Assembly (NCBI GenBank): GCA_019058365.1
Contig: JAHPZE010000002.1
Span: forward strand, 256,001 to 320,000
Direction of reading: 5' to 3'
DNA length: 64,000 nucleotides
Source of the DNA: Promethearchaeota archaeon
Lineage (GTDB): Archaea; Asgardarchaeota; Lokiarchaeia; Sigyniarchaeales; SOKP01
Part shown: piece after piece, positions 29,967 to 38,354 of the stretch
How positions within the stretch are numbered: position 1 is the stretch's first letter
Layout of the letters: each line of letters opens with the position of its first letter
The notes under the pieces: generated by a model
Databases searched by the model: none
Seen by the model: only the letters and a program-made list of their open reading frames with translations
What the model was told of the DNA's origin: nothing
Position numbers and translations under genes: made by a program

Positions 29967-31217
29967 TTATCTTCCAAAAGCTTGCTTTATTAGATCTACT
30001 CGCTTCTTAGCTTTTTCTAAATTAATCTGGGCTCTATTCGGAGAATCGTTTAAGATAAATGGATACTTTGCTAACATCTTCATATCATTATCTTCCAATG
30101 GCTCTTTTTTACTTAATTTATCAATAATAAGTATAAGTTCAGAATAGTTCTTAGAAGCAGCATTTTCATATAATTGATTTAACATAAATTCTGAAATGCC
30201 AGACTCCCGAATTCCATTAACAATATTATTAACATCCTCCGAGTTTTCAATTTTATTAACTTTTTGAATTGGGAATATTTCTCTGTCTCGATGGGATTCT
30301 GTATTTAGTTCTAAATTTGAATTTTTTTCTGAAATAAGCGGAATAGAATAAGGTATATATTCACCAGATTCAATTAAATCAATTAAAATGTCCGTTATTT
30401 CATTACTAGTCTCATTTAATTCCGAATTTAAAAAATGTTTGAATATTCCAACTTTCAATAATTGTTTAATGTCTTCTACTTCCCAATTTTCTGTGTAATT
30501 TACAATATCAGTTATATCAAACACGATCTTAGGATTTATTTCTAAAAAATCTTTTAAAACAGTTTCCCTCTCTATTTTATTTAGTAAAGGGACTTTTATA
30601 AAAAGATCAAATATATCATATAATTTGTTCGATATATTGTTAACTTCTTGAATATCATAATTTAACCATACTAGAATAATATTAGATTCAATAAAATTAA
30701 AATCAAATCCCTTATCTTGCCAAGCATTTAAAAAAACCTCTAATAAGTTTTTATCATCAAACTTCTGCTTTAGAATTGGATGTTGATTAATTAGTAATAA
30801 TCTTTTTTCCTCAATTTTATCTGGATCTCTACCATTTGCTCCAGTTTCATTTTCATTTTCTAATTTTTTACCAAAACCATTAAATATGGAAATAAAGCTT
30901 TTTAAAAATTTATTTGGAGCATTAGTGATTTCGATATCATTAAATTCAATTAAATTTAAGTAATAATTTTTAGATATTAATTTGATATAATCTAAAATAT
31001 CTGTTCCGGGATTAACATTAATTAAAACAGCTCCTTTGGGTGTTAGATAACCATTTAAAAGATTATCATGATGATTAGTTAATATTACTTTTAGATAATT
31101 TATAATATCATTATATTTATCCCGATAGAAAATATCCTCTTTATTAATCTTAATTTCTGAAGGTTTAATCATCTGAAAAAATCCTAAAAAATCCGGATTA
31201 TCGTTTAAATCTTTCAT
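29967..31217 (-). CDS. Degenerate AAA+ (Cdc48/Vps4-like) domain protein
   Basis: PKGAVLINVNPGTDI (decayed Walker A), FDLFIKVPLL...ERETVL and the lid segment DIVNYTENWEVEDIKQL. Confidence 0.55.
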   Translation of the reverse strand: MKDLNDNPDFLGFFQMIKPSEIKINKEDIFYRDKYNDIINYLKVILTNHHDNLLNGYLTPKGAVLINVNPGTDILDYIKLISKNYYLNLIEFNDIEITNAPNKFLKSFISIFNGFGKKLENENETGANGRDPDKIEEKRLLLINQHPILKQKFDDKNLLEVFLNAWQDKGFDFNFIESNIILVWLNYDIQEVNNISNKLYDIFDLFIKVPLLNKIERETVLKDFLEINPKIVFDITDIVNYTENWEVEDIKQLLKVGIFKHFLNSELNETSNEITDILIDLIESGEYIPYSIPLISEKNSNLELNTESHRDREIFPIQKVNKIENSEDVNNIVNGIRESGISEFMLNQLYENAASKNYSELILIIDKLSKKEPLEDNDMKMLAKYPFILNDSPNRAQINLEKAKKRVDLIKQAFGR

Positions 31218-31487
31218 TGAAAATTTTCCTTTATTTCTTTTGTAATTTTATGAACATTATTTACATGACATTTAACACATTTATATTTAGCGATACTCCT
31301 AGTTAGCGATAACTAGATCCCCGACAAAAATCGTAAAATTTATAAAATCGTTTTTTGGAAGAGGAACTTTAATAAAAAATTTGAGAACAATTTTTAATAC
31401 AGATATAGGGACTAAAAAGCAAAAAGTTAAAGCGATTAAAAATTCAACGAACCTTCTATCGAATTTTGATGATTTATAAAAAAAATA

Positions 31488-31937
31488 TTAAATCCTACTT
31501 AAAATAAATCTTGGTAATTTACCTTCATTCACAAGAATTTTTATCAAATTAGGCACACTATTCCATTGTTGAATAGAGAGGTTATATTCTTCTTCTGTAA
31601 TATCTTTAAATTGTGCAGCACGATAAGTTAGCATTACTAAAGGAGTTGTCATAAGATGCTTTACTTTATTACAGGGGAAATCATCACATTGTGCACAACT
31701 TTCTAAACCCTTATCTCGTGCACAAGGTCGAGCTTTGCAATTCTTATCAGCAATTTTATCTCCTTTACTCTTGCATCCCTCACAAACAACATTCTCTGCT
31801 GTATAATTTTCATGACCTAGATATTTTCTCCATGTATCAACCATTTTTTGTCGAATATAAACATCATCTGATCGAGCTGCACATAAATAACAATTATAAC
31901 CACAATAACCAATCATGTTATCATCAGGCTTTATCAA
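31488..31937 (-). CDS. DUF3795 Cys-rich protein
   Basis: CGYNCYLC, CEGC, CKARPCA and CAQCDDFPC motifs. Confidence 0.85.
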   Translation of the reverse strand: MIKPDDNMIGYCGYNCYLCAARSDDVYIRQKMVDTWRKYLGHENYTAENVVCEGCKSKGDKIADKNCKARPCARDKGLESCAQCDDFPCNKVKHLMTTPLVMLTYRAAQFKDITEEEYNLSIQQWNSVPNLIKILVNEGKLPRFILSRI

Positions 31938-32166
31938 AACTTAACACCTCATATATATGAATTAATCCTATTTTTTATACATAATCTCCTTGAGTGAGTA
32001 ATGTGTCTATATTAAATCAAATCATAATATTATGGCAATTTTCATAAAAATTTTGTTAGAAAAAGAGGGAGAAACTTTTAGAAATCTTATTTTTTAAATA
32101 ACTTTCACAAACAAACATAACTATTTTATTCGGAGCTCTACTTCATTGGAAATTCTACTAGTAATT

Positions 32167-32586
32167 TTAATGAAAAAGTACTTTTAGACCTAATTCTTTG
32201 TATAATAAATTTAGATTTAATTCAAATTGCCCTCTAACAATATCATAATGAGTGAATTTACCTTTTTTAAAACTTCTTATAAGCCCAACACTTTCAAGAA
32301 TTCGAAGATGATGTGATATAGATGGTTGTGATTTATCTAAGATTGCTTCTAGTTCGCAAACGCAATGATCATTTTCCTTTAATACAGTAATTATCTTTAA
32401 ACGCTCCTTATTTCCTAATGCATAACAAAATTGTGTTAATTTCTTAAAATTATCTTCGTTTTCTAAATTAATTCCGAAATCTTGCAAATCGTGGAAGTAT
32501 GTCTTAACATCTATTTCACTCATATCAACGCAGCCTTCCAGGGAATCCATTATTTCAATAGCACGTCTTCTATTAATAATATTCAC
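32167..32586 (-). CDS. arsR: ArsR/SmtB transcriptional repressor
   Basis: ALGNKERLKII, HCVCEL and SQPSISHHLRIL motifs; divergent from acr3. Confidence 0.88.
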   Translation of the reverse strand: MNIINRRRAIEIMDSLEGCVDMSEIDVKTYFHDLQDFGINLENEDNFKKLTQFCYALGNKERLKIITVLKENDHCVCELEAILDKSQPSISHHLRILESVGLIRSFKKGKFTHYDIVRGQFELNLNLLYKELGLKVLFH

Positions 32587-32782
32587 CCATATGATTAAAA
32601 CTATTTAAAGATTTATTATTTTAGTACTTATTAATTATAATGTATTTATTTTGATATAAATATTTTGTTTAATAATTTAAATCCAAATATTTTTATTTGA
32701 TGCATTTCATAAATATCTCAAACTGTACAAATACAATTTTAGTTTTTATAACAATAAAATGCATAAGCCTTTGGGAAGATAA

Positions 32783-33838
32783 ATGAGTATTTCAGAAACA
32801 GAAGAAATTTCAATAACAAATAAAGATGAATCAAAAAAACTCGGTTTATTCGAAAAATTACTTCCTCTATGGGTAGCACTATGCATTTTCATAGGAATTC
32901 TCTTTTCCATATATATCCCAGGTATAAGTCAAACTATGAATACATTTACCATTGGTCAAATTTCATTACCGATTGGTATTTGTTTATTCCTAATGATGTA
33001 TCCTGCAATGTTAAATTTACAAGTCTCAGAGTTAAAAAAATTAAGTAAAAATCCTAAACCTATAATTTTAACAATTCTATCTAATTGGGTGATCGCCCCT
33101 TTTGTAGGTTTGCTTATGGCACGTATCTTTCTACATGGATATGAGCAATTAATTGTCGCTGTTATTTTATTAAGCTCAAGTCCATGTACTGCTATGGTAT
33201 TAGTCTGGGGATGGATGGCAAAAGGAAATCAAGAACAGAATGTGGTAAATACGAGCCTTAATACAATAACTATAATATTTGGATATGCTCCTATGGTTAC
33301 ATTATTAACAGGTATTCAGAATATTCCCATTGATTGGAAACCCCTAGTTTTATCAACGTTTGTCTTTATTGGACTTCCATTATTGCTTGGAATAATTAGT
33401 AAAAGGTTATTAATATCTACCAAAGGTAAAGAGTGGTTTAACAATACATATCGACCTATAGTTGGAAATGTATCGATTGTTGCTCTACTCACAACATTAG
33501 TGGTTCTTTTCTCTATGAATGGAGAAGTCTTAAGTGATAATCCGGATCTTTTATTATTAGTATCAATTCCCCTATTGCTTGGATTTGTAATTGTTGTTGG
33601 ATACAACATTTTAGTTACGAAAGTATTTAAACTAAAATACAAGGAAGCTATAATCACAGTTATCATCGGGTCTTCCAGTCATTTCGAAATTGCGATAGCA
33701 ACTGCTATTGCAATATATGGGATAGGATCTATTGCTGCTTTAGGTACTACAATGGGGTTATTCTGGGAGGTTCCAGTTATGCTTTCAATTGTCTATTTAG
33801 GTAGGTGGCTAAGAAAAAGAAGTTTTTGGAAGTCCTAG
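32783..33838 (+). CDS. acr3: Acr3 arsenite efflux transporter
   Basis: MMYP, NWVIAP, PCTAMVLVW, SHFEIAIA and EVPVML motifs. Confidence 0.93.
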   Translation: MSISETEEISITNKDESKKLGLFEKLLPLWVALCIFIGILFSIYIPGISQTMNTFTIGQISLPIGICLFLMMYPAMLNLQVSELKKLSKNPKPIILTILSNWVIAPFVGLLMARIFLHGYEQLIVAVILLSSSPCTAMVLVWGWMAKGNQEQNVVNTSLNTITIIFGYAPMVTLLTGIQNIPIDWKPLVLSTFVFIGLPLLLGIISKRLLISTKGKEWFNNTYRPIVGNVSIVALLTTLVVLFSMNGEVLSDNPDLLLLVSIPLLLGFVIVVGYNILVTKVFKLKYKEAIITVIIGSSSHFEIAIATAIAIYGIGSIAALGTTMGLFWEVPVMLSIVYLGRWLRKRSFWKS

Positions 33839-33926
33839 TATTTTTGATTTTGAAATAAAATATCAATTAAAGAATAAAAATCTTGAAAAATTAAAATGAA
33901 TAAAATAAATTTCGGGTGTAATAAAA

Positions 33927-34205
33927 ATTAGTGAAGAAAATTCAGAAAAATTAAAAGTTGATATTTATGTCCCATTAGATGCTTGTTCGTGTGAATGGGA
34001 TAAATTTATGAATCGAGTATTTGTTGAACTAACACCTTATATAAAATATATTGATTATGATACTAAGAATCTAAATTCAGAGGAAGCTAGGGAACTCAAT
34101 CTTTACAATAAATGTGTAGTTGTAGATGGACAGAAAAAATTTTCGTCCTCTTTTACACTTAAAAAGGAATTACCGAACCTTCTTAAGGCTAAAGGATTTA
34201 TTTAG
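33927..34205 (+). CDS. Small thioredoxin/ArsD-like protein with a CxC motif; start codon probably non-canonical
   Basis: The frame is open from 33909, so it extends upstream of the ATG at 34008: SEENSEKLKVDIYVPLDACSCEWDKFMNRV... The only start candidates there are ATA (33921) or ATT (33927) after a GGGTG Shine-Dalgarno-like motif. Confidence 0.6.
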   Translation: MSEENSEKLKVDIYVPLDACSCEWDKFMNRVFVELTPYIKYIDYDTKNLNSEEARELNLYNKCVVVDGQKKFSSSFTLKKELPNLLKAKGFI

Positions 34206-34238
34206 ACTTTAGAATCTTTTTATTAAAATTTAATAAAG

Positions 34239-34715
34239 GTGAGTATAAAAATTAAAAAAATTAAGTTAACGGTTTTTGCTCCAGATCCCGAAAAGAAATT
34301 ATCTAATGGTCTTGATTTCAATTTAAAAGTTGCTGATGATGGCTCGATTATCGATGTCTTAAGCAATCTAGATAAATATTTTTACGATAATCCTGAAAAC
34401 TCCATTTTCCCTATCTATAAAGGACTAATACACAGTTATCTTCAGCTCATATGGGATCCTGAAACGAATTTAATTTATGATGATTGTGCTGTAAACGCTT
34501 ACGGACCAAATAAAGAATTCATGCCATTACATGAAGATATAAATTTTACTTTATATCCTGATAGTGAAATAACAATAGTAGTCCATGCTGATTGATGAGC
34601 TGATGTTATGAAAGAACGATTGGATTATGGCACATTCAAACGGATTTTATTGAAAACTTATGGAAAAAACCACGAAACTTTTGCTCATTATTTTAAAGAT
34701 AAAAGAAATAACTAA
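34239..34715 (+). CDS. Ubiquitin-like (beta-grasp) putative selenoprotein A with tandem UGA-UGA (34593-34598); 158 aa with read-through
   Basis: In-frame TGA TGA followed by a 38-codon tail homologous to the tail of paralog B, then a SECIS-like hairpin. Confidence 0.72.
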
Positions 34716-34718
34716 TAG

Positions 34719-34778
34719 GTTGAATGATGCCTTTCAAAAAATAATTGTGAAAGGTTGACAATAGGATTGCTTCCTATA
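34719..34778 (+). promoter_or_regulatory. Eukaryote-like SECIS element (AUGA...AA...GA) plus a second small hairpin
   Basis: ATGA-T-GCCTTTCA-AAAAATAATTG-TGAAAGGT-T-GA, then ATAGGA-TTGCT-TCCTAT. Confidence 0.72.
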
Positions 34779-34832
34779 AATATAAATTTTAATCGAATTG
34801 TATAAATAAGCTGTCTTATTTTTAAAACATAT

Positions 34833-35831
34833 ATGGACTTTTTCACACATATGTTTATGGGGGTTTTAGCGGGTCTATTTTCATTAACCAAGTTAAGTCC
34901 AGAAGCTATTATCCTTATGTGGATTATGACCTTTTTACCAGATTTCGATGTCTTCTTAGGGCCACTCCAAAAAATAAGAAAAGCGTATTTTCTTTCGCAT
35001 AAAGCTGGTTCTCATTCTTATATTATAGGATTTATTTTTACTGGAATTGTTAGTTTTTTTATATCTATATTTAGAAATGTTTTATTCATTGAGGTCTGGT
35101 TTGCTGGATTCATAGGATATAGTATCCATGTCTCATTAGATTTTTTTGCTGCTTCAAAAATACCAATTTTTTATCCAATCTCGAAAAGAGAATATAGATT
35201 AATTGCTGATAGAGCTGTTAATCCAATATTGATGATTTTTTCTTGTATAAATCTTCTGGTTTTAATAGCATTTTATTTTACATTACCTTATTATCAAATA
35301 CTTATGAACCTTGCTTTCTTTTATCTGTTTGTTTATCTAATATATTTTGTGATTAGAGCTTTTTTAAGAACTATAATACAGCTGAAAATTCCTAGAAATC
35401 AGAAATATATTCCTGGTCTTCTTCCATTTTACTATTTCATTTATGAAAAAATTTTGGATAATGAATCTACCACTTTTAATTTAAAAAAAAAATTTGTATT
35501 TTCATCTAAAAAACAAGATTTAATAAATCAAACAATTTCAAATGTTTCAGATGAATTCACCTTTTTTGAATTAGCTAAGCAAATTAGTCAAGAGTACAGA
35601 TTTTATCATAAATGGAATTATGTTCTTCCTTTTATTCATGAAAATAAGGATTCAGTTAATGTTGTTTTGATCTTAGCTGAAAGTTTTTCACAATCTCTCC
35701 GGCATAAATCAATTAAACGAGAAATGTCCTCTTATTATATCTCAATTCTTTTTGATAAAAGTTCAAAACAAGTAATTTCAAAAACTGAAGGATTTGGTTC
35801 TTTTAAGAAATGGGAAAACAAAGATTGGTAA
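34833..35831 (+). CDS. YdjM-like membrane metal-dependent hydrolase
   Basis: MDFFTH, LPDFD, HKAGSHS and HVSLD motifs. Confidence 0.85.
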   Translation: MDFFTHMFMGVLAGLFSLTKLSPEAIILMWIMTFLPDFDVFLGPLQKIRKAYFLSHKAGSHSYIIGFIFTGIVSFFISIFRNVLFIEVWFAGFIGYSIHVSLDFFAASKIPIFYPISKREYRLIADRAVNPILMIFSCINLLVLIAFYFTLPYYQILMNLAFFYLFVYLIYFVIRAFLRTIIQLKIPRNQKYIPGLLPFYYFIYEKILDNESTTFNLKKKFVFSSKKQDLINQTISNVSDEFTFFELAKQISQEYRFYHKWNYVLPFIHENKDSVNVVLILAESFSQSLRHKSIKREMSSYYISILFDKSSKQVISKTEGFGSFKKWENKDW

Positions 35832-35928
35832 AATCAATGTTAATAATAATTTCTATTTAATAATGAAGATAAATGTCATTTTTCTAACAATATTTTAATT
35901 ATTTTGCATAAATATTATTTACTTAGAA

Positions 35929-35994
35929 TTTTCTTCAACATTCACACTAAAGAAAGAATTACCCAAACTTCTTAAAGCTAAAGGACTTATTTAA
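35929..35994 (+). pseudogene. C-terminal remnant of the CxC thioredoxin/ArsD-like gene
   Basis: FSSTFTLKKELPKLLKAKGLI* matches FSSSFTLKKELPNLLKAKGFI* at 34140-34205. Confidence 0.8.
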
Positions 35995-36027
35995 AATTTA
36001 GATATTTGATTTGAAATCTTAATAGGG

Positions 36028-36504
36028 GTGATTATTAAAATTAAAAAGATTACTTTTAAAATTAGTATACCTTCAATGGATTTACAAAAAGGCAAAGCAT
36101 TTATTGTACAAGTAAAAGATGATGCTACTTTTGTTGAAGCTTTAGCAATGGTAGATAAATATATTTTTGAAAATCCGCATGAATCGATATTTCCAATATA
36201 TGAAGGTTATATTCATAATTATTTACAGTTGTTTTGGGACCCAGAACATAATATAATCTATGAAGATGTTGGGATAATGCCTTATGGTCCTGATGAAGAG
36301 GGTAATTTGAGAAGTTTTATGCCAATTCGAGATAATTTAGATTTCAACTTATTTCCTAACAGTGTTATAGATCTACAACCAGATTCTGGATGTTGATGAG
36401 AAAAAGTGAGAACTCGGTTAGATATAGGTAAATTTAAATCTATTTTAAGAGAAAAATTTGGAAAATATAATAAGGTTTTTGATCATTATTTTAAATCTAA
36501 ATAA
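36028..36504 (+). CDS. Ubiquitin-like (beta-grasp) putative selenoprotein B, GC-UU motif (TGA TGA at 36394-36399); 158 aa with read-through
   Basis: Paralog of the gene at 34239; 34-codon conserved tail after TGA TGA, then a SECIS-like hairpin. Confidence 0.72.
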
Positions 36505-36510
36505 TATAGA

Positions 36511-36570
36511 ATTGAATGAGATCTTTTAGAAAATATTAGTAGAAGATTGACATTAGGAGAGCTTCCTATA
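36511..36570 (+). promoter_or_regulatory. Eukaryote-like SECIS element (AUGA...AA...GA) plus a second small hairpin
   Basis: ATGA-G-ATCTTTTA-GAAAATATTAG-TAGAAGAT-T-GA, then TAGGA-GAGCT-TCCTA. Same geometry as the element at 34719. Confidence 0.72.
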
Positions 36571-36660
36571 TATTCTATTAAAAAAATAACTAAAAATACA
36601 ATAAATTTTTACTCTTTCAATCTAATTTTCTTCTATCATAATTTCTTTTAAAGCTTAAAG

Positions 36661-38070
36661 ATGGAAAAAGTCAAATTTAAAGAAATAAGAAAATCACATA
36701 AAGGCATCACTAAGCTTTCTTATGAAGTTACTCAAATTTTAGGAAATGATCCGAATAGATCTCCGTTATATTCTTTATTATATGTAATAAATAAGGAAGA
36801 AAATACTAAAGAAGAAATTTATAGCTATTTTAAATATTTCTATGTTAATGAATTTGCTAATATTAGGCTAAAACAACCTGAATTAGATGATTTATTATTA
36901 GATGGAATTACTAAAACTTTAATTCAAAAACAAAACAATACTTATTCTTTAACTGAAAAAGGAAATGAAGTTTTAACTAAATGCAAAACAGTTAATTTAG
37001 TCACAAATAAAGCGTTAGGATTCTTTTTTAGTGAAAAAGTTGTTTTAATTTTCTCTTTAATTTGCTTAATTTTTATGAGTTCACTTAAAATAATTGTTGG
37101 ATTGAATGCAGGCAGTGATGCGTTATTTAACGAGGGTATTGAGAATTTTACAGATATAATAAAGATATTTATAATTACTTTAAGTATTAAATTGGGGAAA
37201 GATAGGTTAGGGGCAATCGCAATCATTATTTTAATGTTGATAACAGGAATAAATTTGATAATAGCTTCGGTATTTTCAATTTTTCAAACCGATATTATTT
37301 CTCCATCATATTTTACGTTTATATTAATGTTTATCTCGATTTTACTAAACTTAATGTTGTTAGTTCTAAAAAATTTCGTTGGAAAATTACAAGCCAATTT
37401 TGCATTACTCTCCGATGCTAAAGATAATGTAATTAATATTAGATTATCATTAGGAGTAATAATTGGACTAATTTTTGCATTATTTGGAATTTATTGGGTA
37501 GATTCTATTGTTGGTATAGTAATTGCTAGTTTAATTATATTTGACGGGTTAGAGACACTACTAGCATTAATCAAATCTGGTGAGGATATTGATATTGACA
37601 GCTTTAAATTAAGCTTAGATAAAGCCTTTGAATTTAAAATTGCACATTGGATATTAGTGGTTATTGAAGAAGAAAGGCTTTCCATTCACCAATTAAATGA
37701 GAAATTTAATGAGTCTATTAACAAGGGATATGAAATTTTTGGTATTTGGGCAATATTTGGACTTTCTAGTATTGAAACATTTAGCATTCAATATATTTTA
37801 AACCTTATGAAAAAAAGAGGTTTATTTTTTGAACAGGATAATAAAATATATCTTACTGATAAGGGGAAAAAGCAATATAATAATGCTTTATCTCAAGAAT
37901 TAAAGAGAGTTTCAAAAGATAAGAAAAAATATAAAGATTGGAAACCTCCAAGCACGATAGTAAGAGTTTTATGGTGTATTTTTGGAATTCTCACTCCAAT
38001 TATCTTAATCATATTAACAATTTTTGTTGGACCAATTATTTATAATTTTATAATTGATTTAATTGGATGA
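36661..38070 (+). CDS. Cation diffusion facilitator-like transporter with flanking winged-helix domains
   Basis: CDF TM core (SDALFNEG, WVDSIVGIVIA); wHTH wings YSLTEKG and IYLTDKG. Confidence 0.7.
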   Translation: MEKVKFKEIRKSHKGITKLSYEVTQILGNDPNRSPLYSLLYVINKEENTKEEIYSYFKYFYVNEFANIRLKQPELDDLLLDGITKTLIQKQNNTYSLTEKGNEVLTKCKTVNLVTNKALGFFFSEKVVLIFSLICLIFMSSLKIIVGLNAGSDALFNEGIENFTDIIKIFIITLSIKLGKDRLGAIAIIILMLITGINLIIASVFSIFQTDIISPSYFTFILMFISILLNLMLLVLKNFVGKLQANFALLSDAKDNVINIRLSLGVIIGLIFALFGIYWVDSIVGIVIASLIIFDGLETLLALIKSGEDIDIDSFKLSLDKAFEFKIAHWILVVIEEERLSIHQLNEKFNESINKGYEIFGIWAIFGLSSIETFSIQYILNLMKKRGLFFEQDNKIYLTDKGKKQYNNALSQELKRVSKDKKKYKDWKPPSTIVRVLWCIFGILTPIILIILTIFVGPIIYNFIIDLIG

Positions 38071-38080
38071 AAGAATAGGT

Positions 38081-38236
38081 ATGCTAGATAATAATGTGAT
38101 TTCAAAAGTAAAGAAGTTTGCTCTTGATAACTTTGCCAAAGATGATATTTATGGTTTCATACATGTTGAACGCGTCCTAAATTTATATATTCAGTTAGGA
38201 ACCACTTTTTTTCACTTTAAATTAAGAAATAGTTAA
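38081..38236 (+). pseudogene. Truncated 5' copy of the HD-domain gene
   Basis: MLDNNVISKVKKFALDNFAKDDIYGFIHVERVLNLYIQLG matches the first 40 aa of the gene at 43079, then diverges and stops. Confidence 0.8.
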
Positions 38237-38354
38237 TCCTAATTAGGTGTTCAAATATTTAGAAGTTTACAAAATATAATTTTTATAGGTTATACAGTTA
38301 AAAATATAAGGATAAGGAGTATTTATCGTCTAAATTAATCAAGATTATGTCATT

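Noticed and set aside
25285-31217. Wadjet (JetABCD) anti-plasmid system
   Set aside because: No Toprim/JetD nuclease is adjacent, and the SMC motifs look SMC5/6-like rather than MukB/JetC-like.
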